Program-made: the position numbers and the translations under genes | Notes under the pieces: model-generated | Database searches by the model: none | The model's input: only the letters and a program-made list of their open reading frames with translations | What the model was told of the DNA's origin: nothing | Source: Takakia lepidozioides | Taxonomy: Eukaryota > Plantae > Bryophyta | Assembly: GCA_030704615.1 (NCBI GenBank) | Contig: CM060733.1 | Span: 42,532,001-42,596,000 of the forward strand | Reading direction: 5' to 3' | Length of the DNA stretch: 64,000 nucleotides | Shown: in pieces, positions 36,654 through 50,316 of the stretch | How the letters are laid out: every line of letters begins with the position of its first letter | How positions within the stretch are numbered: position 1 is the stretch's first letter

Positions 36654-39600
36654 TTACTAACTGTGCATGATGGGATGCACAAGATACAAATTACCACTAA
36701 GAAATCTAGTAGATTACCTGCTACGAGAAGACCTTGAGGGGTCAGGGAGTATGACTGGAGGGGAGGACTGGATGAGGAGCAGGAAGCTACCCTGTTCGCT
36801 GCACACCCAGAGTGGGAGCAGGTTAGAGAGATGCCGCTGGAAGGCCTAAGTTGTTTAAAAGGTATCTGCTGTGGTGTAGTGATAGCAACACCAATTGAAG
36901 GTGAAACAAGCAGTTACCCACCACATTTCTATGAAGAAAGAGAAGGAGAAATGGAAATCCTAGAGGAACCAGCCACTATGAGTTTACAGGATGAAGTGGG
37001 GACTGGTTGGACAATCACAGCTGATGAGCAGGTGAGAGAAGTGAATGTGGGAACTGAAGAAGAACCGAGGATGGTGAAGGTAGGGGCTGATTTGGAGCCA
37101 GAATTCTTTGAGGAAGCTAAGAGTTTGTTCATCAAATACAAAGATGTATTTGCTTGGAGCTACGAGGATCTAAAAGGGATACCACCTGAGATCTGTCAGC
37201 ATAAGATTGAACTAACCAGGGCCAGTACCAATCAAACAGGCAAGGTACAGAATGAATCCCAACTATGCACAGAAGGTTGGAAAAGAGATCAAGAAGTTGG
37301 CTGAGGCTAAGTTTATATACCCGATAGAGTATACAACTTGGTTGTCACCCATTGTGATAGTTCCCAAGAAGAATGGTAAACTGAGAGTTTGTGTGAACTA
37401 TAAGAAGTTGAATGCTTGCATGAAGAAAGATCCTTTCCCTTTGCCATTCACAGAAGCGGTATTGGACACTGTGGCAGGCCATGAGATGTACTCATTCATG
37501 GATGGCTTCAGTGGTTATAATCAAGTGTAAGTGGAAGAAGAAGACCAGGGAAAGACAACTTTCATCACAGACTGGGGTGCTTATGCATACAAAGTCATGC
37601 CTTTTGGACTTTGTAATGCACCAGCAACCTTTCAGAGAGTGATAAGTGAATCTTTTCATGAGTATCTGGATGATTTCATGCAGGTGTTCTTGGATTATTT
37701 CAGTGTGTACAGCTCTAAGAATGAGCACTTGCATAAATTGGAGTTATGTTTGGCCAGATGCAGGATGAGAGGTCTGGGCCTGAATCCAGAGAAGTGTACT
37801 TTCTGTGTGAACTCAGGGGTGCTTTTGGGACACATTGTGTGTAAGAGGGGACTTCTTGTGGATCCCAGGAAGACAGAGGCCATTAAAGCCTCTCCACCAC
37901 CAGTAAATGTTTAAGAGTCTAAGGAGATTCCTTGGACAAACCAGTTATTACAGAAGATTTGTCAAAAAATATGCACAGATAGCAGCACCATTGAGCAAGC
38001 TTCTGAAGAAAGATGCAGTGTTTGCATGGACAGCTGAATGTCAACAGGCTTTTGAGGAACTTACATTGTCAGTAACAACTACACCTGTGCTGATTAACCC
38101 TCACTGGCATGTAGTATTTCATGTTCACTGTGATGCCTCAGGAGAAGCGTTGGGAACGGTGTTAGCCCAAAATGTTACAGGAAATATAGATTCACCGGTG
38201 TACTATGCTAGCAGGTTGATGAACAGTGCTGAAAGGAACTGTAGCACAACTGAAAGAGAAGCACTTGCAATGATTTATGCAGTCAAGAAATTCAGGCATT
38301 ACCTATTGGGAAGAAAGTTTATGTTTTATGTGGATCACCAGGCTCTGATATATCTGGTGAACAAACCTTTGATAAGTGGAAGGATAGCAAGGTGGTTAAT
38401 AATCTTGCACGGGTTTGAGTTCGAAGTTGTTTACAAGCCTGGCTGTTTGCATCTTGTGGCAGATCATTTGTCACGCCTAACAACAGGAGAGCCCGCCACA
38501 GGAATAGACGACCAATTACCTGATGCGAGTTTATTTACAATGGAGGTATAGGGAAGTGCAGATGAATGGTTGGATTGGCAGTGGCCAATCAGATACTACC
38601 TTACTCATGGTCAGTGCCCACCTAGTTATGGTAAGGAGCAAAGGAAGAGAATCGCTATCAAGGCTTTACCTTATACTATGGTAGGGGGCAGAATGTATAA
38701 GCTAGAACCTGATGGAGTACTAAAACGATGCTTGTACCACCATGAAGTAAATAAAGTTTTGGAGGAAGTTCATAAAGGAGTGGCTGGAGGACATTTTGGA
38801 GAAGAGACTACCAGTAGGAAGATACTACTTGCAGGTTACTGGTGGCCTACTTTGTTCACGGATGTACACAAGTATTGTCAGAGTTGAGATGAATGTCAGA
38901 GGCTAGGACCTTTGCAGAGATCTGGGAAGATGACTTTGCATCCTACGATGCCTACTGAACCATTTCAGAAATGGGGACTAGACTTTGTTGGACCAATTAA
39001 CCCACCGGCCAAGAATACACAGAACAAGTATATAATTACAGCCACTGATTATACTACGAAGTGGGTGGAAGCTAAAGCTCTGAGGGACAACACAGCCAAG
39101 TCCACAACAAGGTTCCTGTATGAGAACATACTTACACGATTTGGCTGTCCATTGGAATTTATCAGTGACCAGGGAAGTCACTTCATTAATGAGACCATTG
39201 AACTATTGACTAAAGAGTTCATGATTGTGCATAGGAAGAGTACAACGTAATGGGTAGGCAGAGGCTACCAACAAAATACTATGTACTATCTTGGCTAAGA
39301 TAGTCAATGCAAACAGAACGGATTGGGATACAAAGCTGCTGATAGCTTTGTGGTCATACATGTTTTCATATAAAATCACGACTAAGTATACACCATTCCA
39401 ATTAGTTTATGGTATGGAAGCTTTACTTCCAGTGGAATTCTTGTTACCTACCATGAGAATGGAATGGGGAAAGAGAATGGAATTGGAAGATTCAATTAAG
39501 GTCAGGAAACGTGAATTATACCATGTGAAAGAAGTACGTGCTGATGCAGCTGATATCATGACCAGAATTCAGATGAAGAGGAAGGAACAGTTTGATGAAG

Positions 39601-39800
39601 GCAAATTAAAGACTTTTAAGACGGGAGATTTGGTTCTCTGGTTGCAGAAGAAGGGGAAGATTAAAGCTTCTAAGCTTAAATCACCATGGAAGGGACCTTA
39701 TGTCATACAGAAGATGTATGATAACAACATAGCCATGTTACAAACCATTAACAAAGAGATGCTGGGAAGAGTCAATGCCAATAAGTTGAAGGGGTACAAT
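36654..39800 (+). pseudogene. G1 pol (RT, RNase H, integrase) with stops and frameshifts
   Basis: WLSPIVIVPKKNGKLRVC, MPFGLCNAPATFQR, VFLDY (mutated DD), [19 protein letters not shown] and ISDQGSHF; no chromodomain seen. Confidence 0.95.
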
Positions 39801-39944
39801 GGTATCCATGACAAACCATTGCAGCACGATTTGCATGTTGAAACGCAAAAGCAGTCACGGGCTGCGCCAGTGATACCAACGGAGTACGGAGCACTTGTCG
39901 CTAATCCGAGTATATATGACCAGGGCGGGAACTACAGGTGTTCG

Positions 39945-40120
39945 CATACCTATCACAGCCCATCACAGCGCCACACAGCCTATCACAGCCCATCATAGCG
40001 TCACACAGCCTATCACAGCCCATCATAGCGTCACACAGCCTATCACAGCCCATCATAGTGCCACACAGCCTATCACAGCCCATCACAGCGTGACACAGCC
40101 TATCACAGCCCAACACAGCC
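39945..40120 (+). repeat. 30-bp tandem repeat (CCTATCACAGCCCATCATAGCGTCACACAG), about 5.5 copies
   Basis: Visible; related to the CACAGC repeats in the G1 and G2 LTRs. Confidence 0.9.
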
Positions 40121-40801
40121 CATATAGATTACACAGTCCATAGGATCAGTGACAGGTGGACGTGGGTTAACATCCGGAGAGTGGCCGGCGGAAAAGTGGA
40201 TGAAGGCAGGTTTAGAAATGGACACGTGGACGCCATGGCGAGAAGGAAGACAAAATTGGCCGTCAAAGTACCTTACTGGCACGTTAACCAAAATTTATTG
40301 TGGGCCCATTAATGCATACAGGGAAAGGGTACGGAACCCTTTACAAGTACCAAAAAGTGAAATCCTTGTCACATGTGCTATCCTACTGGACAGTCCAGGG
40401 GGGAAAATCCACGGAAGGGAATTAAATTACAGAGCCAACAGCCAATCATGAGCCAGAACTACCTGCAGAGGGTATTTTCCAAGAAGCAAGATCAAGAATT
40501 TAGAGAAATTATGAGCGCAAGAGTCAGCGTGGTTCCGAGTAACGGGCGTCTCGACAGGGGAGACAATCAAAGCTATAGCTTTGAAGCTATGGTGGAAATA
40601 ACAGACTACACGTCGCCTTACTACTTACGCAGTGGCACAAGGACAGACGAACGGAGAGTACATTTTCTCTAAATCGATACTTGCAAGCCCCACAGGCTTA
40701 CAAGCACTTACCCATTTCATTCTGTGCCAACCATACCTTCATGCTCTGTGCCATGCAAGCTTTCCTTCAGCTGTTTCACAAAGCCTTTCTGTTTGTCTAG
40801 A

Positions 40802-43800
40802 ATGAAGAGAGTGAGGGGAATGGAGGATATCAGGGTGACGATACTGCAGAAGCAAACAATTGCAGCACCGCAGGCAGTACAGCTGCTAAGCGAGTTGCGA
40901 TTGGAAGGGCTGCTACGCAAGGATTGGTCCTTGCATCATCGGCAGTTCATGATACAATTTCTTCAGAATTTTGAGCCTCGGACGGGAGTTACTCAGGTGA
41001 GGGGAGTAGATATAGAAGTTACTCCCCAGTACCTGCAACAATTGTTTGAATTGCCATCAGGACATGTGGATGTGGATGAGCACAGGGCAAGATTGCAGAT
41101 AGGGAATTTGTTCCAAAAAGGGAGTTTCTTTAAAACTCAAGGCTACGCTTGCACCAAAGCCGAGTACCCAGGGCTTAGGGAAGTTGGCCAAATCTTGAAC
41201 GTTCTGTTTGCCATGAAACATAACCAACAGTATTTGAGCAGGTCATTCACAGAGGAGATCCTGAAAGCTTTGAGGGGAGAGGATGTCGCTTGGGCGGAGT
41301 TAATGTACAATGGATTGGTGGACGAGATGAAGAGGTTATAAAGCACTGCTGCTAAGTTTCCGATCATTGTGTCCGGTCCAGTCATCGCCCAAATAATTCT
41401 TGATTCTTGCATACTTGATACTCGGGAACATAAGGAGATGGGAGTGTTTGAGGCAGAAACCACTGCAATTGAAGAGCAAGGCTCTTCACACAGTGAGGGT
41501 GGACTGGCAGCGCAACACCAGTTTAAGAGACAGAGGCGGGGTATGACTGTAGTTGCGGATCCACTGGCTTCACGGAAACCGCACGATAATGTCTCCCAAG
41601 CTCTTGTGCACGATGGGGCACAGCAGCACAGAGAGCTGTTATTATTGGAAGCACAGCCTTCGGAAAGGGAAGAGGAAGTCACTTCGATACCACAGCCACC
41701 ACAACCAATTGACTCAGTTGTTTTAGATGTTCCACAGTTCGTACATGTTGTGACATCAACCCCAATTGCTCTGGAAGGAGAAAGGTTGGACATTCCCACT
41801 ACAGAGCAGGTCGTGGCTGAAATTGAGAAGGGTGACCTTCTCTATGAAAACTCTGGTTTGGTAAGGGAATCAGTGATTCCAGAGGTGCAGCGGTTGTCTA
41901 GGGAAAACCCTGCTGTGCATGTAATACCCACACCTGTGACGGAGGTACCTGGGGTAGAATATCAAGACACTGCAGCACCTGTGGCGGATGAGGTGGTTCA
42001 GGAAGAGAATCTGGTGGGGCAATGGCCTGAATGGTTGGTGAGGCATCACACTGTCAAGGATCAGGAAGAACAGCAGCAAGCTCACCATGATGACCCTCAG
42101 CAGGCCATGCTTATGAGTTCCATAAGCAGAACACTTAATTTGCTGGGCACTTATGTGAAATCCCATGTTCCATCTACCCAATTGGCAGCTTTGAAGGAGG
42201 AGGTCAGGAAGGAGTTTGAGGCTCAACTTGCCACTGAGTGTGCTAACAAGGTAGATGAGGAGGTCAATCTCAAGTTACAACAAGAGTTAGAGGACACAAA
42301 GGCTGCTTTGCAGTTGGCCAAGGGACATCTGATTGAAGCCGGCCTCGAGCAGGACCAGTTGCATGAAGCACATAAGCAACAGTTATACCAAATGCAGGTG
42401 AAGCATGAGGGCAAGTTGCAAGAAGTGAATGCACTACATACAGAGTTGCAGGCAATACATGAGAGGATGACCATACAATGTGCTACACTCACAACTACTC
42501 TTGAGCAAACTGCATTAGAAGTTAACAGACAAGGGGAGAGTTGTATGAAAGCAGAGGCAGAGATAATCGAGCAGGCGAAACTCATTGTTGATATGAAGAA
42601 TACAATTTGTCGCAATGAGAATACTTTCAAGCAATACAGACAGGTTGAGGTTGACCAACAGAGGTACATCCTGGAGTTGCAACAAACGGTCATGGTAAAT
42701 AGAAATGAACTCTCTGTGGCTAACAAGGCTTGGAAGGAAGCAAATAATCTGGCTGCTGCCTATGCGAGTTTGGTTGAACCTCATGCGAGGCGCATGGAGG
42801 CTTTACAGCAGCAGTTAGATGTGTACAGGCTCACAGAGGAGCAGACTCTCAGATGTGCCACACACAACTTGGTGGATAACCACCTTATGCAGGTCTGGTT
42901 AGCACAAGGGCCGGTGGAAGGCAAAGCGCCACGGAAGCTCACCCAGGGCAAGATGAATGAGCTCAGACTGCAGGTGCAGAACATTGCCACAACTACTATA
43001 GACAATGTCTATAGTAGGATAGCGGAGCTATAGGAGAATGTAGAAGGCCTGCAGACTCAGATGGATGACCTGAGTTCAAATATTGACAAGAAAGTCTTTG
43101 TACCTGAGGAGCAGCTGATGGCTACTTATTTACAGGCCAAAACTCTAATTTTTCAGTCTTCTATGCAAAGGGTGCAGGAGATGCCAGTGGTAGAAGGGCC
43201 AGTGGTACCAATACCACAACAAGTGACTGTGCATGTAGCTAACCCTGTTGTTACTACAGCCACACCACAACCTGAGGTATGGGAGGATGCTGCTTTTAAC
43301 CCACCTAAGACTCCTGCTGCACGAGAGTACACTCGGGCTATGATTATGCCCTTCAACCAAATTCCCATTGTGTTGGATTTGGCTTGGAAGGAATTTAGTC
43401 CGCCACAGTCGTTGGCTCATTACTACCAGATCATGCGCATTTGGCTGCTAGTGGCGACTAGGACTAAGGTTCTTCCGAACAATCGACCCATTGAGGATCA
43501 TCACTTTGCAAGGTACTGGTCTGAAGCAGGTACCATGTTGAAGAAATTAATTGCCTTCCAAGTTGTACATGGGTACATTTATACCAAAACCAAGGAAGTA
43601 TCAAGTATTGTCATGGGCTGTGGATTATATTATGTTGCTTGTTTTCTGGCACGTTATCACATTGAGCAGCAGAAGATGCAATCGCGATTTCTGAGTTATT
43701 CCAGTGGGGATCATTGGGTCTTACCTTCAGTGCCACCTCATATGTACCTATATGATGCAAAAGTTATGATGCAGAAGGATTCCCAACTTTGTTCATGGTT

Positions 43801-44341
43801 TCATTCGGCTTGGAACAATTTGACAACACAGAAATTTGGCCCTGACGATATTTTCTTTAAGGGACATGAGGCATGGAAATACTTGCACTGTTCCCAAGTC
43901 ATTGGCACACCTCTTACCTGTACAGATAAGGAGTTCAGGACGTTCACTAATTTTGCGTGCCAGCGCTTACAACAAGTTGTGCAATTTAAACTTCCAGATA
44001 TGGTTGGACAACATTGTATGCCACAGAGGATTCCACTTAAAGTTCGGCTGTTAAAACACCTGAGGGGCGACGAGGATTCTGATACTACTGTTTCTTCAGC
44101 GGACTCTTTTGACATGGCAGAGGACTATGCAATTCAGATGGCAGAGAAGAAACGACGAGGATCTCCTATGCCTGAGAGGTTACCTCGTTATCAGCCAAAG
44201 GAGGGTCAGACATTTCCAGGTAGTGCTCAATCATCTCCGTCAACCAGTGACAGGATTCGGGCTCGCACACGGAGTCCTTCACGAGACTCTCACCGTCAGA
44301 AGGGTGCTCGCTCACAAAGGTTTGCTAATCCCAAACAGTAA
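40802..44341 (+). pseudogene. G1 3' extra ORF, about 1180 codons with two in-frame stops; plant-transposon-domain-like N-terminus and long coiled coil
   Basis: Track ORFs 40724, 41369 and 43061 are one frame. QFLQNF...QVRGVDIEVTPQYLQQLFELP resembles Athila/Tat extra-ORF domains. Confidence 0.7.
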
Positions 44342-44380
44342 ACCATGAGGACACGGCTTTTTGAGAGGGGGAGGGGTAAA

Positions 44381-45259
44381 TGTTAGAGGGCTACTTGGGA
44401 CTTAGACCTTTTATGGGTTCTGTGGGGTACCCTTAATTTTTGCGCAGACTGAGACCAACAAGAGCCTTAGGGGTGGCAGCAACAGGCTTTAGGGGGGTTA
44501 CATAGCCCAACAAAGCTTTACACAGCCCGCCACAGCTTCGCACAGCCGCCACCACCCGACACAGCCAGTCACAGCCCGACACAGCCTTACACAGCCAGTC
44601 ACAGCTTGGCACAGCTTGACACAGCCTGTCACAGTACATAAGGAACTGTTATCATTGGCAGGGAACGACTATAAGGGAACGACATCTGCAAAAGGAACGT
44701 GTTACTACAGGGATGACGGTTAATTAGTTAGGTGGTTAGAACAACTTGCGGGCAGATAAGGGGAGCGGCAACGGAAAGAGGGGACACTTCACGGAGAGCG
44801 CTTCTTGGTCATGGAGGGGAGGAGATCAGGCGGAGAGCAAGAACGAGAGCACGGAGAAGGAGGAGAGATGAACAGTAGATGCTTATTACATGCAGAGCTG
44901 TAGTGATATTGTAGGGCGGATTAGAGTCACCTTGACATTGTACCTGATAAATCATAATCTGATACTTATTCGATACAAGCACACTGTGTAGAGTGACATG
45001 AGTGAAGCTGTGAAATGAATGCATGATTAATTGGAATTAAGTAGATACTGAAGCAATCTGATGCTTCAGTATCAGATAAGGTGAATTGATAACATGAAGG
45101 CAAGAAGGAATACAAATGGGAAGCACAACCATGATTCACTAGCTGTAGGTCATGACTGATTGTACTGAGCGGGCTGAGTGCTTAGAAATATCCAACTCTT
45201 CTATCTTGGAGTTTCCACCTCGAATAGCGAAGGGATGGGTGAGTAAAAGCCGTTCGACA
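44381..45259 (+). repeat. G1 3' LTR, preceded by PPT GAGAGGGGGAGGGG (44363-44376)
   Basis: Direct repeat of 12481-13326. Confidence 0.95.
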
Positions 45260-46305
45260 GCTGGCTGCTCTCAACTATGCCAAATTTCTTGTCAGGAAGG
45301 TAACGTATCTGCCTCCCAAAGTTGATGGCAATGTCATCTTCAAGTTTCCACCTGTTACTTTGTCAAACAAAGCCTAAGGGATGTTAACAGACATGGATTG
45401 AAAGCATGACGGACACCCCTGGTGTGTGACGAAGACCAGTAGCATGAAAATTGCTGATGGTGTTCGTGTACAATACGTCCTCTGTGCGGGGAAGCTGAGG
45501 TGCCTCAATCCCGCCTGCTTCCACTTTCTCTCCAATGGAGGGCGGAGAAACGAGACGGATTGGTCTGGCACAACGCATCATCCATTCATTGTCTCCAGCC
45601 AAGCTCCTATGGGTTCTTTCAAGTGCGCACATTGCAAAGAACCACCGATGTGCATGTCCATGTGCAGAGCCAAGCAATATTATATAATCCATTTGCTCCC
45701 GGACTTGACTAGAGCTTGCATACACGTTGGGGTCCACTGTCACCCCTTGGCGAGAGGCAACATGCGTGAGGCTGTGCTGGAAGCACACGACATCATAAAA
45801 GAGGAGGTGAAATTGAGCCCTGGAGCCAGACCAAAGTAGATTCAGCTGAAGGCAGCCCACAAGATTGCTCTTAGCAAAATCATGTCTGAAGATGGTTCAG
45901 ACCGAGTGCCCTTGAACGAAGAGGAGATGGTTGACCTGTTCGAGTCCGTCTCGCACGTTTGTAGTCCGAATGTGCGGAATCACATCGTATCTTGCAAGCA
46001 CAAATTCGGTCGGGGGTCAGACATGGAGGTGAAACGAATGACTGGATATGACTACATCCAAGGTAGCAGGTTTGCACGGCAAGGCAACAAATCCGATCGT
46101 TGTTACATTTTTAAAATGTCGACGTGTGGGCCTAGGAGTGGAGTCGACTTGGTCACTCGCATGACAACTGGAAACTTGTCAAATGATTGGGTGATGTTTG
46201 ATCACATCAAGCGAATTACAAACCATCAGTGGGTGACTATGGGTGCGCATGTTTATGACTATCACTCCAAGAGGCTCATGACGATTGCAATCTGCGAGAT
46301 GAAAG
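45260..46305 (+). pseudogene. Element A transposase continuation: GCM domain and start of DDE core
   Basis: KHDGHPW...CAGKLRCLNPAC...CAHC...CIHVGVHCHP, then YIFKMS...WVMFDHIKR...GAHVYD...IAICEMK; several stops. Confidence 0.85.
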
Positions 46306-48938
46306 TGTTAGAGGACTGTCTGGGACTTAGACACTTTTACGGGATATGTGGGGTACCCTTAATTTTTGCACAGACTGAGACCAACAGGAGCCTTAGGGGT
46401 GACAACAGCGCACTTTAGGGGGGGTTACACAGCCCGTCACAGCCAACACAGCTCGTCACAGTCCGACACAGCCCGTCACAGCCAACACAGCTCGTCACAG
46501 CCAACACAGCCCGTCACAGTCCGACACAGCCAGTCACAGCTCGACACAGCTGACACAGTCCAACACAGTCGCACAGCTAGTCACAGCTTGACACAGCTGT
46601 CACGACCATAGGGAACGGATAGCAGGACAGGGAACGACTGTGGGGAACAACATCTGCGAATGGAACATGTTAGTTCACGGGTGACGGTTAGTGAGGGAAA
46701 CGGTTAGAACAACGGGTAGGAAAATAAAGCGAGGAGCGAGGACTGAAAAAGGATCACTTCTTGGGGAATCACTGCTGGAAGGAGTGGGGGAGCACTTCTT
46801 GGGGGGACTTCGGACATCACTGGGGGAAAATGAGGCAGAGAGCGTATCTCTGAGCAGAAAGAGGGAGAGCACGGAGTAGGAGGAGGTTGATCTGTGATGC
46901 TTAATGAATGCAAGCAGTAGAATTGTAATGTAGAGCAGATTAGAGATTCCTTGGCTTCAGCCTGATACTTGATAGATATTAATCTGATACACACTTCATA
47001 CTCACATTGTGTAGAGAGATCTGAGTGAAGCTGTGGAATGAATGGATGAGTTGATGGAATCCGATAGATTGCTGAAGCAAACTGATACTTAATTACCAAC
47101 AGTAAGGTAACTAGCTAACATGAATGCGGGAAGGAAAACAAATAGGAAACACCCCCATGATACACTAGCTGTAGGTCATGACTGATTGTTTTGAGCGGGC
47201 TGAGTGCTTAGAGATTTCCAACTCTTCTATCTTGGAGTTTCCGCCTCGGATAGCGAAGGGATGGGTGAGTAAAAGCCGCGCGACATTTGGCAACCATACT
47301 GGGGAACTGGGTCATGAATAACCAGATGTGACAGGCATCTGGTGGGATCATGGTGGTTGGAGAATTAAAGAATTTGATGTGAATCAAATTCCTTGTGAAA
47401 CTGAGAAGGAAAGATTGTCCAAATGATTCTTCCAGAGGTTTTTGGAATTGCCAGACGGTTGTAAAGAAAACATTCTTAAGAGAGTGCATGATGCTGACCC
47501 TAAGTGAGGCCTGGAGAAAGGGGTGATAAAGATTTATCAGGTGGCCTGTAGAGGAAGAGCACGTTGGTTACCAACATTGGTTTATGTGATAGCATTGCTA
47601 TCCATTAAGCGAGTAGAGTTTGAAGGCTGGGAGGAAAGAAAGGTGAATGTTTATACTCATATGCATGAAGAGCTTGTACTGGTAAAGAATTGGATTCCAA
47701 AGGATATTTTGTGGATCAAACTCATACCAAGAACAGCTTTCCAGACTTGTTTGCCATATGGTTATATGGTAACAGAGACTTCAAGTATAGCCAAGGGTGC
47801 ATTGAAGCTTGAAAGAAACCCAGGCATATACGAGAGATACTACAGAAGAGAGTTTTGGTTATTGCCACATTAAAAAGAAATGAAAGACATGGGACATGAG
47901 TGATGAAAGAGAAGCTAGACGCCAGAGATATTCAGCAAAAAGAGAAAGCTATCTGAAAGCTAATTATCCATATCTTTGGGAGAGAGGAATAGACATAGGG
48001 GAATCATCTGGACTTCTCACACCATTAAGATCAGAGAGTACATCACCCATACCGGAAGAACTAGAGTTGGATGCCACTCCTTCTGTTTCTTTGCAAGAAA
48101 GATTAAGGGAATTGGTATGGGAAGAAGATCAATCATGAGGTGAAAGATCTGAGGTACATCCCTGGATAAAAGATTTGACAATAATCTTTGATAAGAGTTG
48201 GCATGGAACACCAAAAGCAGGAACTCCAGTTTCTGAAGCGGAAGGTGAAGAAGGAGGAGAGGATGTGGCAGAGCCAACGGAGAGTTCAGACTCTCCAACA
48301 CCATTGCAGTTGAGTTACATGAACCCAAGGGCAGAACTTGGAGGATGAAAACAGAGAGAAGAAATTGGAAGAGGAAGAGTATGAAGAAGTAGACCCAACA
48401 GCTGAGTTGAGACTACAACCAGGTCATCCCAACCCGTTGGACCTGGATCAAGTGGAGCACTTGGATCACAGGCCAACGAAGGTGTCGGCTCAGGGGGATC
48501 AGGCGGGCTGCCTGGATCTGGCTCTGGGGGGATAGGGAGTGTGAGAAGTAGTGCAACTGAAGCTGGGAATACTGTGAATATCGTGGGGCCAGTAGCAGGG
48601 AGTGCTCAAGGGCCACCACTTGGTGGAAGATCCACCACAAAAACAACAGGTCCAGAAGGCCCAGCACCAGCAAGGGTGCCAGCACCTGTCAGTGGGCAGA
48701 AGGTAGGGCCACAGATGGCGTTACAACCAACACGGGAAAAACCACATTTTCCAATATATTCAGGAAAAGGGGATCCCGATGTACACATTAGCCAATTTGA
48801 GCACATGTGTATAGTGAACAATGAGAATGGCGATGATGCCAAGATGAGATTGTTTCCTTGTTCACTTATCAAGAAATCAAGTGAATGGTATGCAAGATTC
48901 CCTGATAATCATTTTCTAACCTGGAATGGCTTGAATAC
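46306..48938 (+). mobile_element. Gypsy G2 (G1 relative), 3'-truncated: LTR 46306-47285, PBS, extra ORF and partial gag
   Basis: TGTTAGAGG...GCGCGACA; internal sequence nearly identical to G1; homology stops at 48938. Confidence 0.92.
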
Positions 48939-50316
48939 GTTGCTGGAGCAGCTTCAGCTTGATTCTTGCCCTCTTCCTACCATTTGGGATGAGTGACTTC
49001 AATGTATCTTTCCAGTCCATGCTTCCGATCGAAATTACAAACGCAATGCTGAACGACCTGAAATTGGAATTTGAGCTGATTAGGGTTTAACCAACCGGTG
49101 CAGTGACGGACAACGTTTTCGAAAGGCACCGAGAGAGAAAGCACACAAAATTCACTTGAAAATAGCACAACGCGAGGAAGGGCTACAGAGAAAAGGCGTA
49201 AAGCTGCAACCACTACAAGTCCGAAGACTTACTGAATGAACGCATCCAGATCATATGACAGTGCAGCGCAAACCTCGCCTCACCTGACACAAACACTAAG
49301 AGAAACTTTGGCGAGCAATCAGAGATCGGAGACCAGAAAAGAGCGATCTGAGAGCGAGAGAGCTAGAGGGACTATGCGAGCACATATGTTAGCCTCCCTC
49401 CCGAGGGTAGTCATAACCCTCAATCCGCACCATTGGATCATTACGAATCTGACGGCATGAAGTTACAAATGAATTCGTCCATTCTGTGCACCAATTTGTC
49501 CACTAACGAAATATATATATGATACACGGAACCAAATTATACTATTCCTCTCATTTTTTAATAATTGGGACTTCAATGCACATATGGGCCTGCGAGTACG
49601 GCCCAGGGGGTGAGCTCATGAACCCACCCCCTTTCACCGGGTCTAGATTCTAAATTTTTTCTAAGTCCTAGCTCTTTAACGGTAGTGGACCTTCTAGCGG
49701 ACGGGCCAAACCCTCAACAGACTGACTCCAACTGGCGAGCGGACTGACTAGCAAACTGGCGATTGGCGAGCGGACCGACCGACCAACATTGGACTCCAAC
49801 TGGCGAGCGCCTAACTCCAACCTTCAGACCCTCCTCAAACAAAATATATATTTATAATTGACACACATTACCACTACAATCTCAGCTGCCAAGATTTGAA
49901 CAGCAGACCTCACGTTCGTCACAAATGCTCTTTACCATCACACTAACCGCCGCTTTCTCCAAACCCTTGAAATAATTAATTACTAGGGCTTCGCGTTGCT
50001 CCGCACTACTAGCGACGATTTCTGAGAAGGACGTCCGGACGGATGGGCCATACTCGAGGATCATGAGAGAGAGTACGGATCATGCAACCTACCAACATGT
50101 CAGTCACGTAGTTCTGATTGGTGGGAGAGGGTGGGGGGGGGGGGGGGGGGGGGGGGGGGTTGTTATGCACGTTTTAAGGGTTTAGGGTCACATGGGCAGA
50201 TCCAAGCCGAAGGGAGCTCGCAAGCTCTTCTGGTGGCCGTTGAGGGATGTAGAGGGCTATAAGCTTTATCTTTTTCTTGCAAGAGAGTCTCTTAGGTAGA
50301 GAACAGGTTAACCAAC

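Larger units (their letters stand above)
12481..45259 (+). mobile_element. Ty3/Gypsy LTR retrotransposon G1 (non-chromovirus, extra 5' and 3' ORFs), full length with two nested insertions
   Basis: LTRs TG...CA at 12481-13326 and 44381-45259; 5-bp TSD GCTGG (12476-12480 / 45260-45264); PBS, PPT and gag-PR-RT-RH-IN order. Confidence 0.95.
1431..46305. mobile_element. Element A: large Mutator-like (GCM-DDE) DNA transposon with ParB-MTase gene and palindrome arrays; interrupted by Gypsy G1 (12481-45259) and cut at 46306 by Gypsy G2; termini not identified
   Basis: The transposase reads across the G1 target-site duplication (...GSRSKL | AALNYAKF...KHDGHPW). Gene order matches element B. The left boundary is placed only where the DNMT reading frame breaks. 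Confidence 0.7.

Noticed and set aside
39600-39998. Chromodomain at the end of the G1 integrase
   Set aside because: Only a GPY-type motif (WKGPY) is present, followed by low-complexity repeat.
49606-49646. Helitron 3' end (GGGGGTG...CACCCCC hairpin, then CTAG)
   Set aside because: CTAG is followed by A rather than T, and there is no 5' TC end, Rep/helicase or second copy. Too weak.
50125-50160. Poly-G tract as a G-quadruplex element
   Set aside because: Simple homopolymer of unreliable length with no supporting context.
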